Shown here: positions 19,364 through 28,081 of the stretch, one piece after another
How the letters are laid out: every line of letters begins with the position of its first letter
How positions within the stretch are numbered: position 1 is the stretch's first letter
Source of the DNA: a bacterium
GTDB lineage: Bacteria; UBA8248; JACPRG01; G963555815
Direction: 5' to 3'
Assembly: GCA_965261595.1 (NCBI GenBank)
Contig: CBDHDG010000007.1
Location: forward strand, 1,319,030-1,383,029
Length of the DNA stretch: 64,000 bases
Notes under the pieces: model-generated
Databases searched by the model: none
What the model saw: the letters and a program-made list of their open reading frames with translations, nothing else
Told to the model about the DNA's origin: nothing
Translations under genes and position numbers: made by a program

Positions 19364-19744
19364 TCAACCCCGCCGCTTGAGCCACCACCACGCCGCCCAG
19401 ACCGGAAGGCTGAGCACCGCCGCGTAGACGGCGATGGCGACCGGGCCGAGCAGTCCCGCCACCAGCGACGCCGCCACCGTGACGGCGCCGAGCCCGATCC
19501 CCGCCGTCCAGGCGGCGCGCCGGTAGCCCAGCCGCCACAGTCGCCGGCATCCCAGCGCCAGCGGCAGGCCGCACGGCGCAACCGGCACCAGCGACCCCGC
19601 CCACATCAGCGCCATCCACAGCCACATCCCGGGCTCCATCTCCGGCGCGAAGCGCACCGCCGCCGTCGCGACCACTCCGGCGGGCAGCCACAGGAGCGCC
19701 AGCAGCCAGAAGCCGCGCCGCTTGATGAGTCCCTGGTCGTCCAT
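19364..19744 (-). CDS. Small integral membrane protein (about 4 TM segments)
   Basis: Several hydrophobic, Trp-rich stretches starting MDDQGLIKRRGFWLLALLW. Confidence 0.6.
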   Translation of the reverse strand: MDDQGLIKRRGFWLLALLWLPAGVVATAAVRFAPEMEPGMWLWMALMWAGSLVPVAPCGLPLALGCRRLWRLGYRRAAWTAGIGLGAVTVAASLVAGLLGPVAIAVYAAVLSLPVWAAWWWLKRRG

Positions 19745-20006
19745 GCGCCTTATCCGACTCGAAACTCGCACCGCACGCAAGCCCGAGCGGGTCCGTGTTC
19801 GACGACAGCCGGGCGAGGGCGAAGACCGCGCAAGGTCGGCGAGCGGCTGCCGGCGTCCGTCGCGCCCTCTGAGCTCGCCCAGGGTCCCGTCACCGTCCTT
19901 CGAGCCAGAGGGAAGCAAGGGCCGGGCAAACGCCCGGCAGGGAAGAGGGAGACGGTCTCCCGGTCCCGATGCCGGGAACTGCAATCCCGGAACAGGAGAC
20001 AAGCCC

Positions 20007-20147
20007 ATGATCGACCAGGACCTCGACCTCGAACTCCCCACAGGTGACGAACTGCTCGCCGAGATCGGCCTCGACTCTTACACCATCCGCAGGATCCTCA
20101 CCGAAGCGGTCCATGCCGACACCGGCGAAGGAGAGGAGCTTTTCTAG
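20007..20147 (+). CDS. 46-aa acidic microprotein
   Basis: AGGAG RBS; MIDQDLDLELPTGDELLAEIGLD...GEGEELF. Confidence 0.55.
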   Translation: MIDQDLDLELPTGDELLAEIGLDSYTIRRILTEAVHADTGEGEELF

Positions 20148-20237
20148 GGGGTGAACCAAGGGGCCGGAGAGAGAGGCTCTCCCCCCTTTTTACATCACCC
20201 GTTGTCTTCCACACCCTTAACTCTAAGGAGAATGATC

Positions 20238-20663
20238 ATGGCCTTCGGACTCAATCGCGCTGAAGTGATCGGCCGCCTCGGCGCCGACGTCACCGTCAAC
20301 CACCTCACCAGCGGCGGACGCGTCGCGAACCTGTCGATCGCCACCGACGAGGGCTACATCGATAAGCAGACCGGAGACCGGGTCGACAAGACCGAGTGGC
20401 ACCGGGTCGTGACCTTCCAGCCCGGGCTGGTGGACATGTTCGAGAAGCACGCGACGAAAGGCCGGCTGGTCTATGTGGCGGGCAAGCTGCAGACCCGTCG
20501 CTGGAAGAAGGACGACGAGGACTCCGACCGGTTCTCGACCGAGATCCTGCTGGTTCCGGGCGGGCGCGTGCAGTTCCTCGACAAGCCCAACGGCAACGGC
20601 GCGCCGGTCGCGGAGGCGGAGACGCCGTCCGCCGAAGCGCCCATCGACGACATCCCGTTCTGA
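20238..20663 (+). CDS. ssb: Single-stranded DNA-binding protein
   Basis: LNRAEVIGRLG, TEWHRVV, GKLQTRRW, acidic DDIPF tail. Confidence 0.95.
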   Translation: MAFGLNRAEVIGRLGADVTVNHLTSGGRVANLSIATDEGYIDKQTGDRVDKTEWHRVVTFQPGLVDMFEKHATKGRLVYVAGKLQTRRWKKDDEDSDRFSTEILLVPGGRVQFLDKPNGNGAPVAEAETPSAEAPIDDIPF

Positions 20664-20691
20664 GCGCGCATTCCGTTTCCTCCCTCTACCT

Positions 20692-20722
20692 GGGCCGGCG
20701 CTTCGCGCGTCGGCCCTTTTTC
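20692..20722 (+). terminator. Rho-independent terminator
   Basis: GGGCCGGCGC-loop-GCGTCGGCCC then TTTTT. Confidence 0.7.
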
Positions 20723-20857
20723 TTGCTGCCCGTTCCGAGACAGCGCCCGTTCGGGCCTCGCGCCAGCGCTGCGCGCGGCGCTTCGCCCTCCGGCGCCGGC
20801 CGGAGGCGGAGGCCGGCCGGTATCGGGCGTTCCCCGTCCATCCAGAGGAGGCCCGTT

Positions 20858-21871
20858 ATGCCGCCCCCATCGTCCCGTTCCGTATCTCCCGCCGCCGACA
20901 TCGCCGCCGCGCTCGGCGCGTGCGCCGAGGCCGTCTGCCGGCGTTACCTGCCCCAGGGCAAAAAGCAGGGCCGGTACTGGGTCGCCGGCGATCTCGAAGG
21001 CGCTCGCGGCCGCTCGCTCTTCGTCCGCCTGCACGGTCCCGGCGTCCCCGGCAAGTGGACCGACGCGGCCACCGGAGAGCACGGGGACCTGCTCGATCTC
21101 GTCCGGCATCGCTCGGGCGCGCCGACGCTTCGCGCGGCGCTCGCCGAGGCCCGCGCCTTCCTCGCCCTGCCGGCTCCGCCGGCGCCGGGCGAGGGCTACG
21201 ACGCAACAGAAGCGGCCCGCCGCCTCTGGCGGCGTTGCCGCGCCATCGGCGGCACCCATGCCGAGGCCTATCTCCGCGCCCGCGGTCTCGCGCGCTGCCG
21301 GTTCCCGGCATTGCGCTTCCATCCCGAGCTTCGCTATCGCGAAGGCTCTTCCCTACGCCGTTTTCCGGCGCTGGTCGCCGCCGTGACCGGCGACGACGGC
21401 GCCATCCAAGGCGTGCAGCGCACCTGGCTCGATTCGCGCTTGCCCGCCAAGGCGGACGTCGCGGCCCCGCGCAAGGCGCTCGGCCGCATCCACGGACGCG
21501 CCGTGTGCTTCGGCAAGCCCGCCGACGGCGCTTCGCTGCTCGTCGGCGAAGGCATCGAGACGGTGCTGTCGATCGTCACCGCGGCGCCCGGGGTCATTTC
21601 GGCGGCCGCGCTCTCGGCCGGAAGCCTCGGCGCCTTCGCTCCGCCTGGCGGGCTCAAACGGCTCGTCATCGCCCGCGACAACGATTCCGAGGGGGAGCGG
21701 GCCGCCCAACGCCTCGCCCGGCGCTGCGCGCGGGCGGGCGTCGCCGCCCACGTCATCGTCTCCGAATACGGCGACTTCAACGACGACCTCGTTACCCTCG
21801 GACCCCGGGCCCTGGCCCTTCGGCTCGCCGCCCTGTTCCCCGCGCCTCAGCGGGTCGGAGAGAGGGAGTGA
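20858..21871 (+). CDS. Toprim-domain (primase-like) protein
   Basis: W.DAATGEHGDLLDL, YLRARG, VQRTWL, VGEGIET, IARDND, GDFND. Confidence 0.85.
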   Translation: MPPPSSRSVSPAADIAAALGACAEAVCRRYLPQGKKQGRYWVAGDLEGARGRSLFVRLHGPGVPGKWTDAATGEHGDLLDLVRHRSGAPTLRAALAEARAFLALPAPPAPGEGYDATEAARRLWRRCRAIGGTHAEAYLRARGLARCRFPALRFHPELRYREGSSLRRFPALVAAVTGDDGAIQGVQRTWLDSRLPAKADVAAPRKALGRIHGRAVCFGKPADGASLLVGEGIETVLSIVTAAPGVISAAALSAGSLGAFAPPGGLKRLVIARDNDSEGERAAQRLARRCARAGVAAHVIVSEYGDFNDDLVTLGPRALALRLAALFPAPQRVGERE

Positions 21872-21912
21872 AGAGCGGGGGAGGGGTGAACGGCTCCAAA
21901 GGAGAAGAGAGC

Positions 21913-22227
21913 ATGGCGCACATCGTCAATCTCAGGCATGCGCCCACCCTGCGGGCGGCGCTCGACGGCAAGGCGGAGCACGGCGGGACCGTGCGGATCG
22001 ACCGCCTCTCTCAATGGGGAAACCGGTTCCGCATCGGCCCGGACGGACCGCGCGATGAAGTGATCGCGCGCTATCGCGCCGATCTCTGGCGCCGCATTCG
22101 CGCCGCCGAGGTCAGGCTCGACGAACTCGCCGCCCTTCACGGCAAGCCGCTGGCCTGCCATGGGCAGGTCCTCGCCCGCGCCGCGGCATGGGCGGCCTCC
22201 GTCCTGGCGGAACGGAGGGGAGAGTGA
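21913..22227 (+). CDS. DUF4326-domain protein (LAC..CHG motif appears shortened)
   Basis: IDR.SQWGNRF.IG.DG.RDEVI..Y, L.GKPLACHGQVL. Confidence 0.75.
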   Translation: MAHIVNLRHAPTLRAALDGKAEHGGTVRIDRLSQWGNRFRIGPDGPRDEVIARYRADLWRRIRAAEVRLDELAALHGKPLACHGQVLARAAAWAASVLAERRGE

Positions 22228-22622
22228 AGCGCGAGAGGGGCGAACGCCGCGAGGAGGGAGAGAGAGGGCCCCGGGCATCGGCAACACGGAAGGAGAACCG
22301 AAATGCAATCCGTTACCTTCAGGAGCATCGCCCGTACGAGTCGAGGGTCTACCACGATGGCAATCTCGCCTGCGAGGTTGCGGAGCCACTCGTCGATACG
22401 CGTCCGTTGCGGTGACGGGCCATGCCGTCTTCGGGCGATCCCTTCGGGCCGGGCTCTCCGCTTCGATTTCCGCTCCGCTTCGATTTCCGCTTCTATCCCT
22501 ATCGCCTCCGCTCGCTGGCGCTCGCTGCGCGCTACGCTTGCCGGGCCGGCGCCCGAGACCCGGGTCTCAATCCCGGAACCGCACAGGGCGTCCGGGACAG
22601 TGGCTAACAATATCCCTCTCGA

Positions 22623-22869
22623 CGTGATGGCCCATTGTCCCACACGTGCTCGCTGCGCCAACCCCGCCTCCGGCGGGGTCCTCCTCTTCGTTCCGGCCCT
22701 GGCTCGCAAGGCTACGGCGCTGAAGCGCCTAGGCGTGGCGAGAAACGCGACCGAGGCTCCGCGCTCCCTGCGGTCGCTTGTGCGCCCGCACCACTCGCGC
22801 CCCTCGCCGCGCCAAGCCTTGCGGCCACGGTGACTTTGCTGCGCGCGCGTGGGCCACTCAACCATCACG
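22623..22869. promoter_or_regulatory. Large multi-stem self-complementary region (ssi/Frpo-like candidate)
   Basis: Nested complementary pairs: CGTGATGG/CCATCACG, GCAAGGCT/AGCCTTGC, GGCGTGGCGAG/CTCGCCGCGCC, GCGACCG/CGGTCGC, ACCCCGCC/GGCGGGGT. Confidence 0.55.
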
Positions 22870-22935
22870 TTCGGAGACTCTCTCCGCACAACGAACCATA
22901 ACGGTTCTCAACCCTCTACCCGGAAGGAGAGCATC

Positions 22936-23859
22936 ATGCACGATATCGACAACATCTCAGAACAGAACCAGTCCGTCACCGCCACCGTCTGCGAGCAGGC
23001 GGCTCTCTTCGGCGCAACCCCGGAGCGCGACGAATTCGATAACCGGGAGGTCTGGGACCCGGAGAACGCCCTCTCCGCCGTCACGGAAGCCTTCCGCATC
23101 ATGGCACACGGCGTCGCGCCCGACGGAACGCAACTCGCCGACGAGCGCGAGAGCCTGCTCTGGGGATTCGTCAACATGCTCGACGCCCAGACCCAACGCC
23201 TCGACCGCGCGGCCGACAGGCTCCTCCCCGACATGCGCGACCTCCAGCGAGAGCAGGACGGCTCGGAGATCCGGTCCCGAGAGCTCGAACTCGTCACCGA
23301 CCGAACCAAGAACCTCACGGACCGGCGGGACGCCTTCGAGCAACTCAGAGATGCAGCGGCCGAGGCCTACCGGGTCGAGACCGGAGACCTCTGGCGGCCC
23401 CGGCGCGGGTCCCACACCTCCCAGACCGGCAAGCTCACTTCGGCCATGATCGACGCCCGCGACTTCCAGCGTGCCCGCAGGGACCGCGAGAACAAGGCGC
23501 TCCTGCCCCAGGGAACCCTCGTGGCGGTGGCAGGCGGCAAGCAGGCCGGCGACGCAGGCGCCATCATCCGCACCCTCGAAAAGCTCAAGGCCAAGTACGA
23601 CGATGTGGTCCTGGTCCACGGCGGTGGTCCGGGCGTCGAGAAGGTCGCGGCCAAGTGGGCGGACCGCAACGGTGTCCACCAGATCGTCTGCAAGCCCAAC
23701 TGGAACGCGCACGGACGCGCGGCGCCCTTCCGGCGCAATGACGAACTGCTCGATCTCCTCCCCAAGGGCGTCATCGCGTTCCCGGGTTCCGGCATCACCG
23801 ACAATCTGGTCGACAAGGCGCGCAAGCTCGGTATCCCGGTCCAGTGCGTCGCCGCCTGA
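22936..23859 (+). CDS. DUF2493 / SLOG (YspA-like) domain protein
   Basis: LLWGFVN, WRPRRGS, VLVHGGGPG, APFRRND, IAFPGSGIT; AAGGAG RBS. Confidence 0.8.
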   Translation: MHDIDNISEQNQSVTATVCEQAALFGATPERDEFDNREVWDPENALSAVTEAFRIMAHGVAPDGTQLADERESLLWGFVNMLDAQTQRLDRAADRLLPDMRDLQREQDGSEIRSRELELVTDRTKNLTDRRDAFEQLRDAAAEAYRVETGDLWRPRRGSHTSQTGKLTSAMIDARDFQRARRDRENKALLPQGTLVAVAGGKQAGDAGAIIRTLEKLKAKYDDVVLVHGGGPGVEKVAAKWADRNGVHQIVCKPNWNAHGRAAPFRRNDELLDLLPKGVIAFPGSGITDNLVDKARKLGIPVQCVAA

Positions 23860-23873
23860 GTCGAACGACCTCG

Positions 23874-23913
23874 CGGGTCGCGTCGCCACCCGGCGGCGCG
23901 GCCCGTTCTTCTT
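23874..23913 (+). terminator. Terminator-like hairpin
   Basis: CGGGTCGCGTCGCC-ACCC-GGCGGCGCGGCCCG then TTCTTCTT. Confidence 0.6.
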
Positions 23914-24127
23914 CCGCGTTGCCCGCTGCCTCACCGCCCGCCGCTCTTCGCACCGCACCGGTGCGGACCCCACTGCTCGCACCGCCCCGCACTGCTCCAT
24001 GCACCATGCTCCGCACGGCCGTCCGCTCAATCGCCGCGGCGGCTCCCCCGCGCGTCACGCGCCCGCGGAGATCCCCTCTTCGCTCGTTCCTCACATTTTG
24101 GTCTGTCGGACGCCGGTCGGCGCTTTT

Positions 24128-24155
24128 ACTCTCACACCCCACGCACCGTTGGTGC
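24128..24155 (-). other. oriT: MOBF origin of transfer (nic site)
   Basis: Minus strand reads GCACC-AAC-GGTGC-GTGGGGTGT^GAG: the F-type GCGTGGGGTGT^G core preceded by an R388-style hairpin; predicted nick between 24134 and 24133. Confidence 0.85.
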
Positions 24156-24235
24156 CCTGGCAACCGGGCGCGCGCTTGTCATGCGGTTTGTTGCGCTAAT
24201 ACCGAAACAAGCTGCCTGGATGTTGTTGGATCGAG

Positions 24236-24360
24236 CGTATACCGCACCGATATACGGACCTAAGACATTGATATTGTGATATTCTGACTCGAGCTGATAT
24301 GAGACCAGCATACGTCCCTGTCGCGGTTGCGACGGCTGTGTATGCTGCACCGACATACGG
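24236..24360. promoter_or_regulatory. Two repeated palindromic boxes, putative RHH operators
   Basis: GTATA-ccgcaccga-TATAC (24237-24255) and GTATG-ctgcaccga-CATAC (24340-24358). Confidence 0.6.
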
Positions 24361-24452
24361 GAAATCGGTGGCAACGATGACCCCAAGTCTTCAGTTACCT
24401 GCGTGAAGTTTGAGCATTCCCGAACGAAAACGGCCACCGGAGGGGTAGGATA

Positions 24453-24836
24453 ATGAACGAAAACGACCGAACTGACGCCGAAACCGGCGCGCTTCCGGAC
24501 GAAAAACAGACCGACGCGCGAACGCCCCGGGCGATCAGGTTCTCGGATGCCGAATGGGAACAAGTCAAAATGACTGCGGCGGAGCGTGGAATACCGGCGG
24601 CCGAGTTCGTGCGCAATGCGGCGCTGAGCCTCGCCAGCGACAAAGCCGGCGTGGATTCCGCCTCAATGCTGGCTGGAACCACTGCGCTGATCGAGCGCAT
24701 CTATCGCGGCGTCTACCTCCTTTCGACACTAAAGCGCGATGAAATGATCCGGCAGGGACGCCAAGGCGAGATCGACCGAACCATGAAGAACGCCCGCGAC
24801 TCGCAGGATTCAATCCTGAACGATGTCTCGTTATGA
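24453..24836 (+). CDS. Ribbon-helix-helix protein, probable relaxosome accessory factor
   Basis: PRAIRFSDAEWEQVKMTAAERGIPAAEFVRNAAL; adjacent to oriT. Confidence 0.75.
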   Translation: MNENDRTDAETGALPDEKQTDARTPRAIRFSDAEWEQVKMTAAERGIPAAEFVRNAALSLASDKAGVDSASMLAGTTALIERIYRGVYLLSTLKRDEMIRQGRQGEIDRTMKNARDSQDSILNDVSL

Positions 24837-27800
24837 ATCCGAACGGTCGGAACGGCAATCCGATGCAACTGCTTCAAAAGGTCCTTTCCGACACCGGATT
24901 GCCGGCTCCGGATCGCCGTCCCCTTCACGACTACTCCTGTTCTCCCGAAACATTCGCCGAGCTGGAGAAAGCTCTATGCTCCCGAATCGTTGCTGGGCGG
25001 GGAATCGAAACCGCCGCGGCGGGGTTCGTGTTCTGGGCCGCCGAACATATCCGGGCGCGATTTTCCGGCGGTCCGTTGACTTGGGTTTTTGTCCTCAACG
25101 GCCTTGGCTTGCCGGACAACCAGCAGCTTGGCAAGGAACTCGTGGAGCGGGGACTCGGGTGGTGGGGCCGCGAGATCAGGGTATTGGCTGCCGGCACTCG
25201 CCGCATGTTTCTTTACAGTCTCATGGCCGAGGGAGGGATTCCAGAAGCGCTTCTAAAAGAGCCAGGGCTCTATCGGGATGTCGTGCTGGGACTTCTAAGG
25301 GAGATCGAGAGCGAAGGTGGGACGGCTGCGGAGTTGTGGTCGGAACGGATCGCAGCGCGTTGGATCGTACGGCTGCCCCAGACGTTTCAAAGCTCTGACG
25401 TCGCTCGGCTTCTGGCCGGACTCGCACTCTCTCTGGCCGATCTTCGCGCTGAGTTGCCGGCCGATCTGCCCGAGGCGGCGGCCGAGCATTGGCTGAACAC
25501 GCACCGGCCGGGTTGGACCTCGGACATTCCTCTCCGCATGACGCCGGAGATCGCCGAAACCCTCATACGCCCCGCGCTCCGGGCCGAACGCGAACCTCTC
25601 TCCGCTCTGCCTGGGCCCTTGTGCAGACGCGAGCTGCGGCGTGACGAAACGGGGACTTGGCACGGTTACTTGGCACTCAGTGACGACGGATGGCTGCCTG
25701 CGGCGTTATTCCCCGGTGCTGTGGACCTCAGACTTCGACTGCTGCCCGCGGGAACGCGACCGATTGACGGTCTCACCTACAGTGCCGCGCCCGAGGATAA
25801 CGGCTGGCGGCTCCGCCGCTTTGGGAGCACTGGAGGGGTACCGTTCCAGTTTCATCCGCAGGAACCATTCGCACTTGCGGCCTTCGCCGACGGCCGGGTG
25901 AAAGGAGAGGCCGTGATCGACCCGGGTCTTCCCGCCCCCGATGAATCTCCACACTTTTGGAGAGTCGCTGATCTGGGTGAAGGCGCCTCGGCTCACCGGC
26001 TGATTCCACTTTCGGGTACCGGGAGAACCCGGGCGGCCTGCGTTTGGGTGTTGGCGCCCGAGGACATGGATCCGGAGACCGATGCTGGTCTGATGCTTGA
26101 AGATCTGGACGCCGCACCCGGCGGGCTTCTGTGGCGTATTTCGGGGAAGGGCATCCTCTCACTCGGCACAAGGGGTTATCGGGTCGAGACAGGAGCCGAA
26201 GACGAATCAACTGAAGCGCGGCTCATCGCATCGGGCGAGACTCTTCCCGGATGGCGTCTTGAGGGGAGCACGCCGGTTTATCACGGAGATGTGACCTTCT
26301 ACGGGCAGGTCGGCGCGTCCGCACCGCGCCGCGTTCCTGAAGTCGAGCTTCGACGCGCGCCAGCGCGGTCTCTCGGCGGCGAGATCGTGGAATGGGCGCA
26401 AGAGGATGAAACCCTGGCAAGCTTTCGACTTGTTCGCCTTCCTCGTTCCACGCGTTTCGAGCTGCGCGAAGATGCGCCGGGGCGCGTTACACTCACGGCC
26501 GAAGGACTTCAAAGCGGGTGGCGCGTTAAACTCGGCGCTGGAGAAGCCGAGACAGGAGGCGAGGTCGAAGACGGGGCCGCGCGGTTGACGTTGGAAACGC
26601 CGGGAATGGCGCCTGGTCTCGTCCGGTTGAGATTGTCTGAACCCGAGACAGGCGCCGCGCTGATGCTTCAGGCGGCTTGGCCGGCGCGAATGGGCATGAT
26701 CTTCGATCCCCAAGGCGTCCGGTTGATCCAGAACCAACCGATATCGATCGAGGCACTACATGGCTGGCGCGTGGTCGTACCGGAGGGACTCCGCGGCGAG
26801 CTTCAACTGTGGCTGAGGGGGCAGCGCGCGATCTCCTTGCCGGTCGCGGGAGAATGTTCGCTTACGGCCCACCGACCTTTGATCCAGGCGATGTTGGTTC
26901 AAGACGGACCGGATGCCCAGGTGAATCTGTCTCTGGTCGTCGGTGGGGACGAAGGTAAGCGCCTGGAGATCCGGCGTTATCACGAACAGGCGGTGGTCGA
27001 AGGTGGATATTTACGTGTGGGTGTAGCAAGGGACCAACCGATCTCGCCTGAAACGAGCTTGGCGATTCAATTGCGAAAGAGCCAGCGATTGACGATCCAT
27101 ACCGTCGATATAGGCAGACCGGAGTGTTCCAAGCTGATTGAGCAGCCAGCCTCTCTCGAACTCCGTACATTTCTTGGTGACGCAGGAGGACCTTGGCTGA
27201 TGCAACCTCGTCTGGAAGGACAGGTTCAACGGGCCGTTGTCTGGACTGCGCATCCGACGGTACAGACATCGCGTGACGATCGAATCGAGATCTATACGCA
27301 GGAATGGAGACGGCTGATCTCCACCCCGGAAGATTCCGAATGGGATCGGCTGTGGCGACTGATCGCAGCCGCTGGCCAGGGCGGTGATGCGGGGATGCTT
27401 GATGAGGTGCAGGCGCTGGCCCAGGTACCGACCGCAGCGATTTGCTTGGCCTTGCGCGTTCACTCTAGGGACCTGTCCGAAGTTCTGGCGCTGGATTCGG
27501 CAACTCCCATATTCTGGCCGACGGTGCCGGTGGCGGATTTCACCGAAGCGATTCAGGCCGATCACAGACGGCGGCTGGCCAAGCTGTCGTCGCTCTTCGA
27601 CGCACAGGACGCAGAAGAAGAAGCGAATCGCGCCCTTGTCAAGCGGTTCCGACAGATTTTGACGATGATGCCTGAGCTGGCCGGGCACTTTGGCGGGGCG
27701 CTGACGACGACTGAATTGTTTCAGCGGATGATTCACCTCCCTGACCTTCTGGAGATGCTGAAGCCTCTACTGCTCTCCAATCCCGGGGCTCGCCTGACCG

Positions 27801-28081
27801 ACAGTGCCCAGGATGCGGCTCGGCGCTTCGATCGTTTGCCGGCCGGTGTGCTCGGCCTTGAGCCGCTCCACCGCCCCGAAGGGATCGACTTCAATCCCTA
27901 CGCCCAATCGGTGATCGACGCGCCCCTCGTCGCCGCCGAGATGGCGGCAGGCCAGAGGGCCACGCCGAGCGTCGCGGAAAAGCTGATCCTCATCAATCTG
28001 CGCCTCGTCGATCCCATCTATTTTGATGCTGCCCTGCCTGCGGCCCTTCACCTTCTCTTTACGACGGAGTCCAGTGTATGA
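24833..28081 (+). CDS. druH: Druantia type III DruH-like (STY4851/ECs_5259-family) protein
   Basis: N-terminal PD.RPL..Y.C...F, FVFWAAE..R..F.GG..W, L..EGGIP pattern; about 1080 aa; directly upstream of a DUF1998 helicase. Confidence 0.75.
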   Translation: MNPNGRNGNPMQLLQKVLSDTGLPAPDRRPLHDYSCSPETFAELEKALCSRIVAGRGIETAAAGFVFWAAEHIRARFSGGPLTWVFVLNGLGLPDNQQLGKELVERGLGWWGREIRVLAAGTRRMFLYSLMAEGGIPEALLKEPGLYRDVVLGLLREIESEGGTAAELWSERIAARWIVRLPQTFQSSDVARLLAGLALSLADLRAELPADLPEAAAEHWLNTHRPGWTSDIPLRMTPEIAETLIRPALRAEREPLSALPGPLCRRELRRDETGTWHGYLALSDDGWLPAALFPGAVDLRLRLLPAGTRPIDGLTYSAAPEDNGWRLRRFGSTGGVPFQFHPQEPFALAAFADGRVKGEAVIDPGLPAPDESPHFWRVADLGEGASAHRLIPLSGTGRTRAACVWVLAPEDMDPETDAGLMLEDLDAAPGGLLWRISGKGILSLGTRGYRVETGAEDESTEARLIASGETLPGWRLEGSTPVYHGDVTFYGQVGASAPRRVPEVELRRAPARSLGGEIVEWAQEDETLASFRLVRLPRSTRFELREDAPGRVTLTAEGLQSGWRVKLGAGEAETGGEVEDGAARLTLETPGMAPGLVRLRLSEPETGAALMLQAAWPARMGMIFDPQGVRLIQNQPISIEALHGWRVVVPEGLRGELQLWLRGQRAISLPVAGECSLTAHRPLIQAMLVQDGPDAQVNLSLVVGGDEGKRLEIRRYHEQAVVEGGYLRVGVARDQPISPETSLAIQLRKSQRLTIHTVDIGRPECSKLIEQPASLELRTFLGDAGGPWLMQPRLEGQVQRAVVWTAHPTVQTSRDDRIEIYTQEWRRLISTPEDSEWDRLWRLIAAAGQGGDAGMLDEVQALAQVPTAAICLALRVHSRDLSEVLALDSATPIFWPTVPVADFTEAIQADHRRRLAKLSSLFDAQDAEEEANRALVKRFRQILTMMPELAGHFGGALTTTELFQRMIHLPDLLEMLKPLLLSNPGARLTDSAQDAARRFDRLPAGVLGLEPLHRPEGIDFNPYAQSVIDAPLVAAEMAAGQRATPSVAEKLILINLRLVDPIYFDAALPAALHLLFTTESSV

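Noticed and set aside
22456..22489. 17-bp tandem repeat CTCCGCTTCGATTTCCG x2 as a CRISPR or iteron array
   Set aside because: Only two adjacent copies with no spacers; no CRISPR array or cas gene was seen anywhere in the window
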